A stretch of 64,000 nucleotides of DNA from a virus. Its lineage: Duplodnaviria > Caudoviricetes. How positions within the stretch are numbered: the stretch's first letter is position 1; each line of letters starts with the position of its first letter. Positions 15,972-25,322 of this stretch are shown here, one piece after another. The translations under genes were made by a program, and so were the position numbers. The stretch lies in the IMG/VR virus record IMGVR_UViG_3300025383_000009. One strand, written 5' to 3'. The notes beneath the pieces are model-generated. The model saw only the letters and a program-made list of their open reading frames with translations. It made no database searches and was not told the origin of the DNA.

Positions 15972-17488
15972 ATGTTTACCTCGTGGACTTTGTATTCGAA
16001 CCGTTCATCTGAATAGATCTTGATTCGCTCTTCAAAGTGGTTAAATGTATGGTTCTTTCTTGTCTTATATTGTAAATCATCAGCTACATCATATAGTTTA
16101 AGGTGTGTCTTACCGTCTTTAAGCCTTAACCCACGACCGATAGATTGGAGGTTTCGGATCTTAGACTTAGTAGGAGAAGCAAAGATAATGTTCTCTATAC
16201 TAGGTATATTTATACCCGTGGAGAATGTGGCGTATGAGGCAACTATGATTGTATTATCATCAAGTTCGGTATTCTTACGGATGTCTTCACGATCTAATGT
16301 ATCCACTCCGCCATGCACGAAGTATACCGTCTTGTCAGGGGCTTTAGTCTTTATCATATCATATAAGACAGCTCCATGTTTCTCTACGTATTGGAATAGG
16401 ACAAGAGTGTTACCCTTACAGTTGATAGCAAGGTTCCTAATAAACTTATTGCGGGCCTCATTTGATATGAGGAAGTCCATCTCTTCTTGGTACATATGTT
16501 CTTTACATGCTTTCCTTACCTCTTCCTTATACTTAAGTAAGATGCAGTTGATGTCTATGTTTACTACCTTACCAGAATCCATCAGTTCTTTTGTTGTCGT
16601 TACTCTATGAACTGGTCCAAATAAACCTTCGAGCGTGAGTTGGTTTAACTTTTTATTATCAATCGTACCCGTGGTACCTATACGATACTTAACATGCTTC
16701 ATCTTTTCCATTATGGATATCAAGGATGTGGCTTTGAATTGGTGCGCCTCGTCTCCAACTATGACGTCAAACTGCTCGAACCATTGTTTTGGTTGGGTGT
16801 AGATGGACTGCCAAGTGGTGATAAGGACGTTAGATGTTATGTCGCGCGTAAAACCTGAATATAGTTTTTGGCAGTTAGACTTAACTGACCATCCATTATG
16901 CGATGAGTAGTCTTCAAAATCCGAATACATCTGCTCGACTAATGATGTGGTAGGCACAACGATGATGATCTTACGATCCTCTTCAAGGTGCCATCTCATC
17001 AGACAATAGATCATGAATGATTTACCAGATGCAGTAGGTGATAGTAACACTGTACGGTTAAGGTTTAATGCTGTGCGTACTGCTTCTATTTGATAATCTC
17101 GTGGTGTTATTGGTTGACCACGACCGTACAAGTCAAGGTCATAGATGAACTTAGATATTTGGTCTAACGTGTAGTTATGTAGATCAAGTGGTTTTGGATA
17201 ATCATCTGTTGGGTTGAACGTTAGCTCGTAGTTATTACGTTGTGCAAACTCTAAGACATATTGATATAGACCAGCGTATAATGTCTTCTTGATTAATGAG
17301 TACAGTCGAACCTTACCATCCCATAACCTAGCTTTAAACTTAGGTGTAAACCTTGCACCAGGAACTTCGTAAGTAAAGAACGCTTCGAGTTCTTGCTCAC
17401 AACCTAGATCGCCGTAAACACGGATGTTTACTTCATTAATCTTTTCAATAGTTAATTTCATTACATTCCAGCTAGGAACTTCTTCCAT
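15968..17488 (-). CDS. uvsW: UvsW SF2 helicase
   Basis: PRDYQ, SPTASGKS, GDEAH, STGINIP, QSIGRGLR. Confidence 0.96.
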   Translation of the reverse strand: MEEVPSWNVMKLTIEKINEVNIRVYGDLGCEQELEAFFTYEVPGARFTPKFKARLWDGKVRLYSLIKKTLYAGLYQYVLEFAQRNNYELTFNPTDDYPKPLDLHNYTLDQISKFIYDLDLYGRGQPITPRDYQIEAVRTALNLNRTVLLSPTASGKSFMIYCLMRWHLEEDRKIIIVVPTTSLVEQMYSDFEDYSSHNGWSVKSNCQKLYSGFTRDITSNVLITTWQSIYTQPKQWFEQFDVIVGDEAHQFKATSLISIMEKMKHVKYRIGTTGTIDNKKLNQLTLEGLFGPVHRVTTTKELMDSGKVVNIDINCILLKYKEEVRKACKEHMYQEEMDFLISNEARNKFIRNLAINCKGNTLVLFQYVEKHGAVLYDMIKTKAPDKTVYFVHGGVDTLDREDIRKNTELDDNTIIVASYATFSTGINIPSIENIIFASPTKSKIRNLQSIGRGLRLKDGKTHLKLYDVADDLQYKTRKNHTFNHFEERIKIYSDERFEYKVHEVNI

Positions 17489-17898
17489 TCGATACCGTTT
17501 TTAAGTTGCCAATCTCTTGCTTTGATTTGCCCTAAGATACCTTCGAGTAGGTAACCCATAGTCTCGAGGTATTCGATCTTTGTATTTAGTGTAATTAAAT
17601 CTTGATCGCCTTGAAGGAACTCGTCCATCTCGTTCTTAAGTGGCTTGATTAGTTGATATGGTTGCCAACCTAAAGCTGCTAACTCTTCACGTGATAGTTC
17701 ACCACGATAGTAGCGAAACTTATTCTTACGTAGCAGGTTGTATTCGGCTCTAGACTTAGTAAGGCGTAGCTTTACCTGAACCATTAGTTTGATGTACTTA
17801 GCATGGACCTTTGCTGTCTCAGTCGATGCTTCACCCAAATGGTTGTCATCGATAAGACTGTCCTGCTCCCACATCGTTTGAATCTCTTCAATATTCAT
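17461..17898 (-). CDS. uvsY: Recombination mediator UvsY
   Basis: WEQDSLID...HAKY...RYYRGE...IKARDWQLKNGIEWKKFLAG. Confidence 0.93.
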   Translation of the reverse strand: MNIEEIQTMWEQDSLIDDNHLGEASTETAKVHAKYIKLMVQVKLRLTKSRAEYNLLRKNKFRYYRGELSREELAALGWQPYQLIKPLKNEMDEFLQGDQDLITLNTKIEYLETMGYLLEGILGQIKARDWQLKNGIEWKKFLAGM

Positions 17899-17923
17899 AA
17901 TTAAATCCGCTTATCAAAACTAC

Positions 17924-17952
17924 ATTATACCATAATAATTAATTAATGTACA
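17924..17952 (-). promoter_or_regulatory. Early promoter TGTACA-N17-TATAAT upstream of uvsY
   Basis: Exact spacing. Confidence 0.7.
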
Positions 17953-17955
17953 TAG

Positions 17956-18522
17956 TTAAATTATAGTAAAGAAAGTGTATCCAAAGGTTGCAGTCCCCGT
18001 CAGATATTGGATGTCGTCCACGTTTGATTGGAACTCAAGTGAGCCCAAGCTAATTGGGTGTAGATCTATAAAGTGAATAGATCTAACTGGAACATTATTA
18101 CTGCCTAGGATCTGTAAGATACCATCAGAGTAGTTACCTACTTGGGTGCCAAAGTTTGGAGTAAGGCTGTTTGATTGTGCTACACCAGAAGTACTATTTT
18201 GTGAACCATTAATCAAAGCTTGGTATTGTGCCCAATCTTGTGGGAAACCTAAACCTATTAACCAATTCCATATAGCGGAGTAGTTAGTCATCTTCTCATC
18301 TACCACAAAGTTGATGGTTAAATCGCCAAACCTAAGTAGTTCACCAGGAACTTTATTGATAGACAACGGTGTTGCCATGGCAACGTTTTCTAGTGTAACT
18401 TCAGGTAGCGTAGCTATCTGACAGAAGTATGTCACTTCTGGGATCTTAGTGATTGATAGTTGAAACCCGGTAGGTGATAATGGATTAATGCTACCTGGTA
18501 CTGGACATAATGCGTTTGCCAT
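17956..18522 (-). CDS. gp3: Tail tube terminator/completion protein gp3
   Basis: NPLSPTGFQLSI..PEVTYFCQ...LPE...GDLTINFVVDE...IWNW; follows gp23. Confidence 0.85.
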   Translation of the reverse strand: MANALCPVPGSINPLSPTGFQLSITKIPEVTYFCQIATLPEVTLENVAMATPLSINKVPGELLRFGDLTINFVVDEKMTNYSAIWNWLIGLGFPQDWAQYQALINGSQNSTSGVAQSNSLTPNFGTQVGNYSDGILQILGSNNVPVRSIHFIDLHPISLGSLEFQSNVDDIQYLTGTATFGYTFFTII

Positions 18523-18546
18523 AATAATTTCCTTAACGTTATATAC

Positions 18547-18554
18547 TATTTATA
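18547..18554 (-). promoter_or_regulatory. Late promoter TATAAATA
   Basis: Exact consensus before gp3. Confidence 0.7.
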
Positions 18555-18559
18555 TGCAA

Positions 18560-18586
18560 TAAAAAGGGCTCTTTCGAGCCCTCTTT
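18560..18586 (-). terminator. Rho-independent terminator after gp23
   Basis: AGAGGGCTC-GAAA-GAGCCCTTTTT. Confidence 0.85.
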
Positions 18587-18613
18587 ATCAATGTAGTGTC
18601 CTTGCGGATCTTA

Positions 18614-19945
18614 TTACATGAGATTTGTGACGGCAACTTTCCTGTAGTAGTAGTTCTTGTTAGCAACGATAACGTTGTTATCAGAATTACCATCATCTAA
18701 GTTAACAAATGGGTTAGCTACGATACCGTAACGTGTCTTGAAACCAATTTTTGGTTGGAAGCTATTAGGATCAACAGCTCTAACTAATTGGAGAGGAACG
18801 TATGGGCAATAGAATAAACCAGCATCAAATGCTGATGTACCTTTGTAACCAACTACAAAGAATTGTGAACCATTTGCTGATGGGTTGTTACCGCCAGAAT
18901 ATGGATCAATGTATACTTTGTATTTGCCATTTAAAACACCAGCGAATGTTGTTGAAGCTTCATCAACGTTCAATGATGTTGAAAGAGCTGGAGCGTAATC
19001 TAATACACCTGCCATAGCTAGAGCTGAAGCTGTATCTGATGAGCAGATTAAGAAATTACCACGACCTCTACGAGTTTGTTGAGCAATCGCATTAGCTTCA
19101 CGTTCGATTTGAAACAAGAGGCCTTTGAATTTTTCAACAGACCAACGACCGTTTGAGTCAACATCAAGGTCAAATGTACCAGCAGTAGCTGTACCGTATT
19201 GAGCACCAACTTTAGCACCGTAGTAAACTGTACGGATAACTTCACGGTTGATTTCAGCAAGGATTTCAGTTGAAAGGATGTTGCTTAATTCACCTTCAGC
19301 ATCTAAACCATGAACTGATTTCAAGTCTTGTGCTAACTCGATTGAGTACTCAGCTTTAAGAGCACGAGTCTTAGCAGTTACGCTAGTTTTTTCAATTGAG
19401 AAAGCCATTTGAGCGAAGTCAGCAGCAGGTGAACCTGTACCTAATGCTTCAGCATCAGCTGTAGTAATACCACGGCCAGTGTTTGTGAAGTCATCAGTGA
19501 ATGGGTTACCACCAGCATTTGGTGAAGTACCATCACCACCGAAACCTGTATCAGCTTCGTTGAATAATGCTTCAGTGCCGTTTTGTTGTGTGTAACGTGA
19601 TTTCATCGCGAAGATGAGACCAGTAGGTTGTGTCATTGGTTGAACGCCTGCGATATCGTAAGCGATCATTTGTGGCATAGCACGACGTACTAAAGCGATA
19701 AGTACTGGGTCGAAACCAGATACTGTACCAGTAGAAGCACCAGCACCACCTAAACCAATACCAGAACCACCAGAGTTGCTAGGAGCAGCTTCGAAAAGAG
19801 CTTCAGCGCCTTTTTGCATTTCACGTTCTTGGTTTTCTAAAAGAATCGCAGTAACTTCCTTACGGTAGTTATCTTTGATTTCTGGGAGTGAGCTATGCTC
19901 TAAAATCGGCTCCCATTTTTTTACTAAGTCTTGACGAATTGTCAT
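18614..19945 (-). CDS. gp23: Major capsid protein gp23
   Basis: KWEPIL, VRRAMP, GVQPMTQPTGLIFAM, KTRALKAEY, FYCPYVPL, FQPKIGFKTRYG. Confidence 0.98.
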   Translation of the reverse strand: MTIRQDLVKKWEPILEHSSLPEIKDNYRKEVTAILLENQEREMQKGAEALFEAAPSNSGGSGIGLGGAGASTGTVSGFDPVLIALVRRAMPQMIAYDIAGVQPMTQPTGLIFAMKSRYTQQNGTEALFNEADTGFGGDGTSPNAGGNPFTDDFTNTGRGITTADAEALGTGSPAADFAQMAFSIEKTSVTAKTRALKAEYSIELAQDLKSVHGLDAEGELSNILSTEILAEINREVIRTVYYGAKVGAQYGTATAGTFDLDVDSNGRWSVEKFKGLLFQIEREANAIAQQTRRGRGNFLICSSDTASALAMAGVLDYAPALSTSLNVDEASTTFAGVLNGKYKVYIDPYSGGNNPSANGSQFFVVGYKGTSAFDAGLFYCPYVPLQLVRAVDPNSFQPKIGFKTRYGIVANPFVNLDDGNSDNNVIVANKNYYYRKVAVTNLM

Positions 19946-19955
19946 TTTGTTTTCC

Positions 19956-21002
19956 TTATTTAATGTTATTGAGTACGGACATATATCTCTTAATTGAAGG
20001 ATTAACAGCTTTTTCTTCTGTTAATGGTTCAACTGGAGTATCTGTCACAACTGACTCAACTAATGTTGATGTTGCCTTGTTTGTGAAATAATTTTCACGA
20101 ATTACCTGAACTTTCTTAGAGAATGATTCAGCATCTTCAAAAGCTAATTCTTCAGCTAAGCCAACGAATTTTTCTTTATCAGTTTCTGTTAAACCATCTA
20201 AAGCATCAGCAACGATTTCGTTTTTAGCGGATTCGTTAAGGGCTTTAGCCATCTCAACGTTAGCTGCAACTTGTTCGTCTAGCTTAGCTTGTAATTCAGC
20301 GATAGTTTCTTCTTGTGCACCTAACACATCGAATTTTTCCTCTGGAACATCGATATAGTGCTCTTCGAATAAACCTTTCATACCGCTTACAAAGCTTTCT
20401 AAGATTTCAGACTTCATACCACTTTCAAGGGCGATTTCATTTTGTTTAACCCACTGCTCAACTACGTAGTTGAGGTATCCATCAACTTTTTCAACAAGAC
20501 CCTCTTGATTCTTTGCTGCTTCCTCTTGGAGGCGAGCTTCGAATTCTTCTTCAATAGTAGTCATGGCTTCGTTAATACGAGTCATAACTGCTGCTTCGAA
20601 GATAGTAGTTGCTTTGTCTTTAAACTCTTCAGTAAGTTCTTCACCGTTGAATAAAGCATCCATATCTTCTTTAAAATTAACTGCATGGCCAGGTGCGTGA
20701 GCTGGGATAGAATCCTTAGCTGTACGGATAACTGCTTGATCACCTGCTTCAGCCTTAGCTGTAACAACGTTAGGTTTCTTAGAAGTAGCTTCTGCAGCTG
20801 GATCTTCGTCTTCTACATTGTTTTTAGCGTTAGCTTCGTTAGGTGTTTCACCACCATTTGGCACTGAACCATGTGGACGAATAACTGCTTGGTCACCCGC
20901 TGCAGCATGTTTCGTCACAACATTGTCCTCATTTAACTCTTCTGCATTATCTGTAGCTCTTGATTCAGCTAAGATTTGTGCAATTTTTTGTTCGATTGAC
21001 AT
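19956..21002 (-). CDS. gp22: Prohead core scaffold gp22
   Basis: EEFKDKATTIFEAAV, VEKVDGYLNYVVEQW, HYIDVPEEK. Confidence 0.95.
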   Translation of the reverse strand: MSIEQKIAQILAESRATDNAEELNEDNVVTKHAAAGDQAVIRPHGSVPNGGETPNEANAKNNVEDEDPAAEATSKKPNVVTAKAEAGDQAVIRTAKDSIPAHAPGHAVNFKEDMDALFNGEELTEEFKDKATTIFEAAVMTRINEAMTTIEEEFEARLQEEAAKNQEGLVEKVDGYLNYVVEQWVKQNEIALESGMKSEILESFVSGMKGLFEEHYIDVPEEKFDVLGAQEETIAELQAKLDEQVAANVEMAKALNESAKNEIVADALDGLTETDKEKFVGLAEELAFEDAESFSKKVQVIRENYFTNKATSTLVESVVTDTPVEPLTEEKAVNPSIKRYMSVLNNIK

Positions 21003-21043
21003 CTTAATCTCCTAAATTTGTGTATCTTTTTAAGATATACTAT

Positions 21044-21051
21044 TATTTATA
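21044..21051 (-). promoter_or_regulatory. Late promoter TATAAATA before gp22
   Basis: Exact consensus. Confidence 0.7.
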
Positions 21052-21052
21052 G

Positions 21053-21703
21053 TTATTTAATTTTCGCAAGGAATGATTGGAATGCTCTAATCTTTGCCTC
21101 TTGTAAATTTTTGCTTGAAGCTTTTCTAATAAATGCTTGTGCTTCTCGCAAGTCTTTCTCCACAAATTTTCCATCGACCATAACCCATTCTTTAGACTCC
21201 ATGACACCCTCTACGAAAGCATTAGGGGCGGACGGGTCAGCAACTATATCAGCTGCTGTCGCTAAAGTAAAATCTTTACCTACATAAGAAACATCACCTT
21301 TACGATCTAGTGATCCCATACCTCTGGAACTAACGCCAAGTCTAGCTCCTTCATCGATAAGTGACTTCACTATCTTACCATATGGTGTATCCATGATCTT
21401 AGCTTTACCAATGAAGTTATCACCTTCTCGATGAAGCTTTTTAATCATATGAGACACCCTGTCAAGGTTGATCGTAGGGGAATCAGGATGACCTAACTCA
21501 CCAAAGGCACGATTCTTATTGACATACTCATCGTTATATCGTTTTACCTCACCATCAAGTATCTCTACTGGATAGATACGGCCGTTACGATTCTTTAAGT
21601 TCGATTGAAGGAATACACCTTCAATGAAGTATTCTTTACCTTTACCTAGTTTCTCTTCAACTAAGTACTTAACCTCTTCGGTATGTTCTTTAATTAGCTT
21701 AAT
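21053..21703 (-). CDS. gp21: Prohead protease gp21; full length requires an ATT start at 21703 (ORF track shows only the C-terminal 134 aa)
   Basis: In-frame upstream sequence (ATT)KLIKEHTEEVKYLVEE...YFIEGVFLQSNLKNRNGRIYP...AFGELGHPDSPTINLDRVSH; GVSSRGMGS catalytic motif; RBS AAGGAG 7 nt before ATT. Confidence 0.93.
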   Translation of the reverse strand: MKLIKEHTEEVKYLVEEKLGKGKEYFIEGVFLQSNLKNRNGRIYPVEILDGEVKRYNDEYVNKNRAFGELGHPDSPTINLDRVSHMIKKLHREGDNFIGKAKIMDTPYGKIVKSLIDEGARLGVSSRGMGSLDRKGDVSYVGKDFTLATAADIVADPSAPNAFVEGVMESKEWVMVDGKFVEKDLREAQAFIRKASSKNLQEAKIRAFQSFLAKIK

Positions 21704-21750
21704 TTTAATTCTCCTTTATGCTTGCAGTTATTAAAATGCCAACGATGCAT
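21694..21750 (-). pseudogene. Remnant of a homing endonuclease C-terminus (MHRWHFNNCKHKGELKLS)
   Basis: Near-identical to the end of the intact endonuclease at 44749-45429 (MYRWHFNNCKLKGD). Confidence 0.65.
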
Positions 21751-21772
21751 AGCAACTATGTTGTTACCACTC

Positions 21773-22252
21773 TTAAGCTCCAGGACTTCCAGAAATGTTT
21801 TGAGCACCGACTTTAGTTTCATCATCGTACTCACCATATTTTTCGTACTCAACTTTAGAGTAGAAGCCTTCTTGTTTATGAAGCACTAAGTAACCAGTGA
21901 CTGGAACACCAGATGCACCTTCTTTGATGATAACGATATCCTTGTTATTGTTTCGATTTTCAGTAATACCGTTGCCTGTTAAATCTAAAAATGGAGCATT
22001 TTCTGGAGCACATGCAAGGATGTTCTCGCCATTTCTAGTAATCCTAATAGCAGATCCAAGTTCTCCAGTAAAAATCATCTTAGCTATATTAACTACAGGA
22101 CCAGTTGCACCAGTAGCACCAGTTGCACCTAATACTTGGTCTGCAGAAGCTAAGCTTGTAAGAGCAAGTACTCCAGTAGCACCATCGACAGTATCTACTT
22201 TAACAACTACTTCTTTGTTTGTGTTCTTGATTATGTAGGTATATACAGCCAT
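21773..22252 (-). CDS. Conserved head-region protein containing a GATGATGATG insert
   Basis: Located between gp21 and the gp67-like genes; carries the motif found in the collagen genes. Confidence 0.6.
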   Translation of the reverse strand: MAVYTYIIKNTNKEVVVKVDTVDGATGVLALTSLASADQVLGATGATGATGPVVNIAKMIFTGELGSAIRITRNGENILACAPENAPFLDLTGNGITENRNNNKDIVIIKEGASGVPVTGYLVLHKQEGFYSKVEYEKYGEYDDETKVGAQNISGSPGA

Positions 22253-22254
22253 TC

Positions 22255-22794
22255 TTATTCTCCGATTTGTTTAAGCACATCGATAAAGTTTTCTTTGCTT
22301 TCTCTCATGTGCTCAATGATTTCTTGTTCATCATGAAACAACTCAGCCAACTTATCTTGAGTAGTCTCATTGATAGCAATAATTGTGCCATCTTCCAATT
22401 TGTAGTCGATCTTACCTTCTACGATCTTATCAAACTTATTAAGATTCCTAATATCTCTTACGACAGGGTCTACAGTAAATTGTTTAGAGGAAGCAAAATC
22501 TACGTATGACTCTATTAAAGTATCTGTTACTTTTACATCGTAATATTCTTTAATAATGTTTGCTATCTTGTTATCTGATATGTCTTCGTATAGTTCTGTC
22601 TTAATTTGCTCTTCTATGTTTCTTGTCGTATGTTTTGTCTTAATGTATTGTCTTGCTTCCTCTAAATCTGTAAAAGAAGTCTTCTCACCATCGATAAGGA
22701 TCTTACCGTTGGATGCCTGCTCAATAAGGTGTCCGTATGAGTGGACTCTAGCTGTAGTGCCAGTTAAGGCCTTAAGAAAGCTTCCGTATTGCAT
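22255..22794 (-). CDS. Hypothetical head-region protein
   Basis: Position; YKLEDGTIIAINE motif. Confidence 0.6.
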   Translation of the reverse strand: MQYGSFLKALTGTTARVHSYGHLIEQASNGKILIDGEKTSFTDLEEARQYIKTKHTTRNIEEQIKTELYEDISDNKIANIIKEYYDVKVTDTLIESYVDFASSKQFTVDPVVRDIRNLNKFDKIVEGKIDYKLEDGTIIAINETTQDKLAELFHDEQEIIEHMRESKENFIDVLKQIGE

Positions 22795-23258
22795 TATTTT
22801 GTTCTATCTGAACGTAAAAAGTTGCTGCACGTAACCATATAGTCTTCAGCTAACGTGATCTTTGTTTCTACCCATTCGGGCAATAGATCATCAGGCTTGA
22901 TCATAGCAAGCAACTCAGTGGTGTTATGTAGTACACTCTTTAACTGGTTGATTGACATACGAGCATCCTTCTTAGCATCGAATGACTTTTCTGTCTCTTC
23001 TTTATGATACTGAGCTGGACCACCAGGATTAACTTCCTGATCTCCAAACACACCTTCCTTCTTCATCTTTTTCTTCTTGCTTTCATAGGCAATGTTTAAA
23101 GACGTAGATGGCATCGCATCTCCCTTAGAGCCGCTTGGTTCTGCTTGTAAGTCGTTCATAGAGCATGTAGGGTTATATGCTGACTCTTTACTGCAAGCAC
23201 ATTTCCTAGCAGCTTCTAGTAAGCTAGGATCGAACTGTGATGCGTCTAGTTTACTCAT
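22794..23258 (-). CDS. Hypothetical head-region (internal) protein
   Basis: LPEWVETKITLAEDYM motif seen in T4-like head proteins. Confidence 0.6.
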   Translation of the reverse strand: MSKLDASQFDPSLLEAARKCACSKESAYNPTCSMNDLQAEPSGSKGDAMPSTSLNIAYESKKKKMKKEGVFGDQEVNPGGPAQYHKEETEKSFDAKKDARMSINQLKSVLHNTTELLAMIKPDDLLPEWVETKITLAEDYMVTCSNFLRSDRTK

Positions 23259-23709
23259 GACCCATCTTCTTGCCAGCCGCGGCAGCTTTTTGGAACTTTT
23301 CTTTACCGTATTTTTTACGGCCGATTGCTGCTGCTAAAGCACCAGGATTCTTAACACCAGCTTTATGAGCTAGTTCACCTTTAAGCTTTGCAAAGCCTTC
23401 GTATTTTTCTTCTAGTTCAAGAGTATTCTCTTCATCAAGACCTTCGAAGTCTTCGTCTGTTAAAGACTCGATGATAGATGCTAATTCATCTGTATCGATC
23501 TCTTCTGCAAAGAGTTCTACTTCCTCTTCAACAACTTCTGCTTCTTGTTCTGATTGTTCTGTTGCAAACATACCCTTAGCAACGTTAACTCTCATATCTT
23601 CTAGTCTTGTAGAGATACGTGTAGCCATTTCTGCTTGAAACGCTGCATCGATAGCTTGTGAATCACCAGAATCGATAGCTTGAATTAAGTCTTGTACGCC
23701 TTGTGACAT
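23251..23709 (-). CDS. Prohead core protein gp67-like
   Basis: Follows portal; VQDLIQAIDSGD...AAFQAEMATRI; acidic middle and basic tail. Confidence 0.7.
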   Translation of the reverse strand: MSQGVQDLIQAIDSGDSQAIDAAFQAEMATRISTRLEDMRVNVAKGMFATEQSEQEAEVVEEEVELFAEEIDTDELASIIESLTDEDFEGLDEENTLELEEKYEGFAKLKGELAHKAGVKNPGALAAAIGRKKYGKEKFQKAAAAGKKMGHE

Positions 23710-25289
23710 TATACTTCTCCTTTAGTTTTATTTGGTGGTGGTAGTGATGGTGCGGTTGGACCTGCGCCCATTCCACTATCAACTGGAACACCGTTTTGCA
23801 TAGCCATCATGGCCTGAATCTCTTCTTGTTCTGCGTTAATCTGTTTCTCTATCTCTTCAATCTCTTCTTCAGACTGCTTGAGTACATGACGTTTTACAAA
23901 CTCCATGCTGTAGAACGTACCAATATATGGCTGTATCTGGCTTAACGTACTGATCCTATTAGACAACACCTCGGCTTCTTTTAACTCTGCAAAGTGGTTG
24001 TCTTCTTGGAAGTCAAACCGTATATCTTGTACGATCAATGGCCATTCATCTGGTCTAATGATCTGTTTTGCAATCAATTGTACCCTAAGAGCTTCAGCAA
24101 ACAACACAGAGAACTTACGTCTAACGCGTTCAATGAACTTATTGAACTTGATCTCATCTCTTGTTACTTCTGTAGTTCTACCAAGACTAAAACCTTCTTG
24201 TGATTGTAACCTTCCAATAGGTACATTCAAGCATTGATATAGTTTATTTTGGAAATATTGTATGTCTTCGATCTGACCGAGGTTTTGACCGCCGGAAAGG
24301 GTAGTGATTTCAGTACCTTTTCCACCTTCTCTTCGAGGCATCCAAAAGTCTTCCATCATAGAGAGGTGTTTACGGTCGTCTCGTATCTCGCCAGTGGCTG
24401 CATCGTAGACAACTTTATTTCTATACTTGTTCATGATATCATTGACGTACTGCTCAGCTTTAAGCTTTGGCAAGTTACCTACGTCAATGTAAAATATACG
24501 TCTTTCAGGTGCTCGCGATACCCTGTAAATAACTAGAGCATCTTCGATCATCTTTAATTGGTTTACAGGTTTGATCGCTTTATGTAGGTAACCTAACATT
24601 GAGTTAGAGTTAGCATCGATCAGTCCTGAAGGACAGTAGATTACCGAATCAATCGATAACTTAACGCCTTGACTTGTATTCTCGTTGATACCCTTATCGT
24701 TATAGATATAGAACTCTTCTATGCCTACTACGACGTCGATACCCTTATCGTTCTTACCTTTCTTGATATTCTTGATACGTCTGATCTTGCGTGGATCAAT
24801 GAAACGTAGTTCTTGAATACCGTTCTTAAGGTTCTCTTCATCTAATAGTATGTGATAGTAAAGTCTACCATCCACATACCAAGACCTAAATATATCGTGA
24901 CCTTTTGTACCAAACTTATAAAGCTTAAGTATCTCATCAAACTCTGCCTGTATCATCTTCTTTACAGAACTAGATAAGTTTACATCATCTAGTACTACCT
25001 CTACAGGAGCTTCGTCTGAATTAGCTACGATAGCTTCATTAACAATGTCTTCCACGGCATTATCACAGTCGCCGTATTGGGAGATCTCCCTATAACGACG
25101 GATTAAGTCGTTCTCATTTTTGATAACACCTTCAAGGTCTACAGTCATGCCGTAGTAGGCAGCTGCAGCTCCTAGTGTAGATATTACCGTGGAACCATCA
25201 TCAGGAGCCGGGGTAACAACCTCAGCTCCAGGTCTTATCTTTCTCTTGTCTTTCTCAGCACGATTTATTTCAAATCCAAATATTTGCAT
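23709..25289 (-). CDS. gp20: Portal protein gp20
   Basis: WYVDGRLYYH, YLHKAIKPVNQLKMIEDALVIYRVSRAPERRIFYIDVGNLPK, EDFWMPRREGGKGTEI. Confidence 0.98.
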   Translation of the reverse strand: MQIFGFEINRAEKDKRKIRPGAEVVTPAPDDGSTVISTLGAAAAYYGMTVDLEGVIKNENDLIRRYREISQYGDCDNAVEDIVNEAIVANSDEAPVEVVLDDVNLSSSVKKMIQAEFDEILKLYKFGTKGHDIFRSWYVDGRLYYHILLDEENLKNGIQELRFIDPRKIRRIKNIKKGKNDKGIDVVVGIEEFYIYNDKGINENTSQGVKLSIDSVIYCPSGLIDANSNSMLGYLHKAIKPVNQLKMIEDALVIYRVSRAPERRIFYIDVGNLPKLKAEQYVNDIMNKYRNKVVYDAATGEIRDDRKHLSMMEDFWMPRREGGKGTEITTLSGGQNLGQIEDIQYFQNKLYQCLNVPIGRLQSQEGFSLGRTTEVTRDEIKFNKFIERVRRKFSVLFAEALRVQLIAKQIIRPDEWPLIVQDIRFDFQEDNHFAELKEAEVLSNRISTLSQIQPYIGTFYSMEFVKRHVLKQSEEEIEEIEKQINAEQEEIQAMMAMQNGVPVDSGMGAGPTAPSLPPPNKTKGEV

Positions 25290-25322
25290 TATATAACCTT
25301 TATAATATTAATTTCCCGCCAA

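Noticed and set aside
21018-21457. gp21 as a truncated 134-aa protein or pseudogene, and the overlapping plus-strand ORF
   Set aside because: The frame is open and conserved for 82 more codons upstream, up to an ATT with a good RBS. The plus-strand ORF is an antisense shadow.
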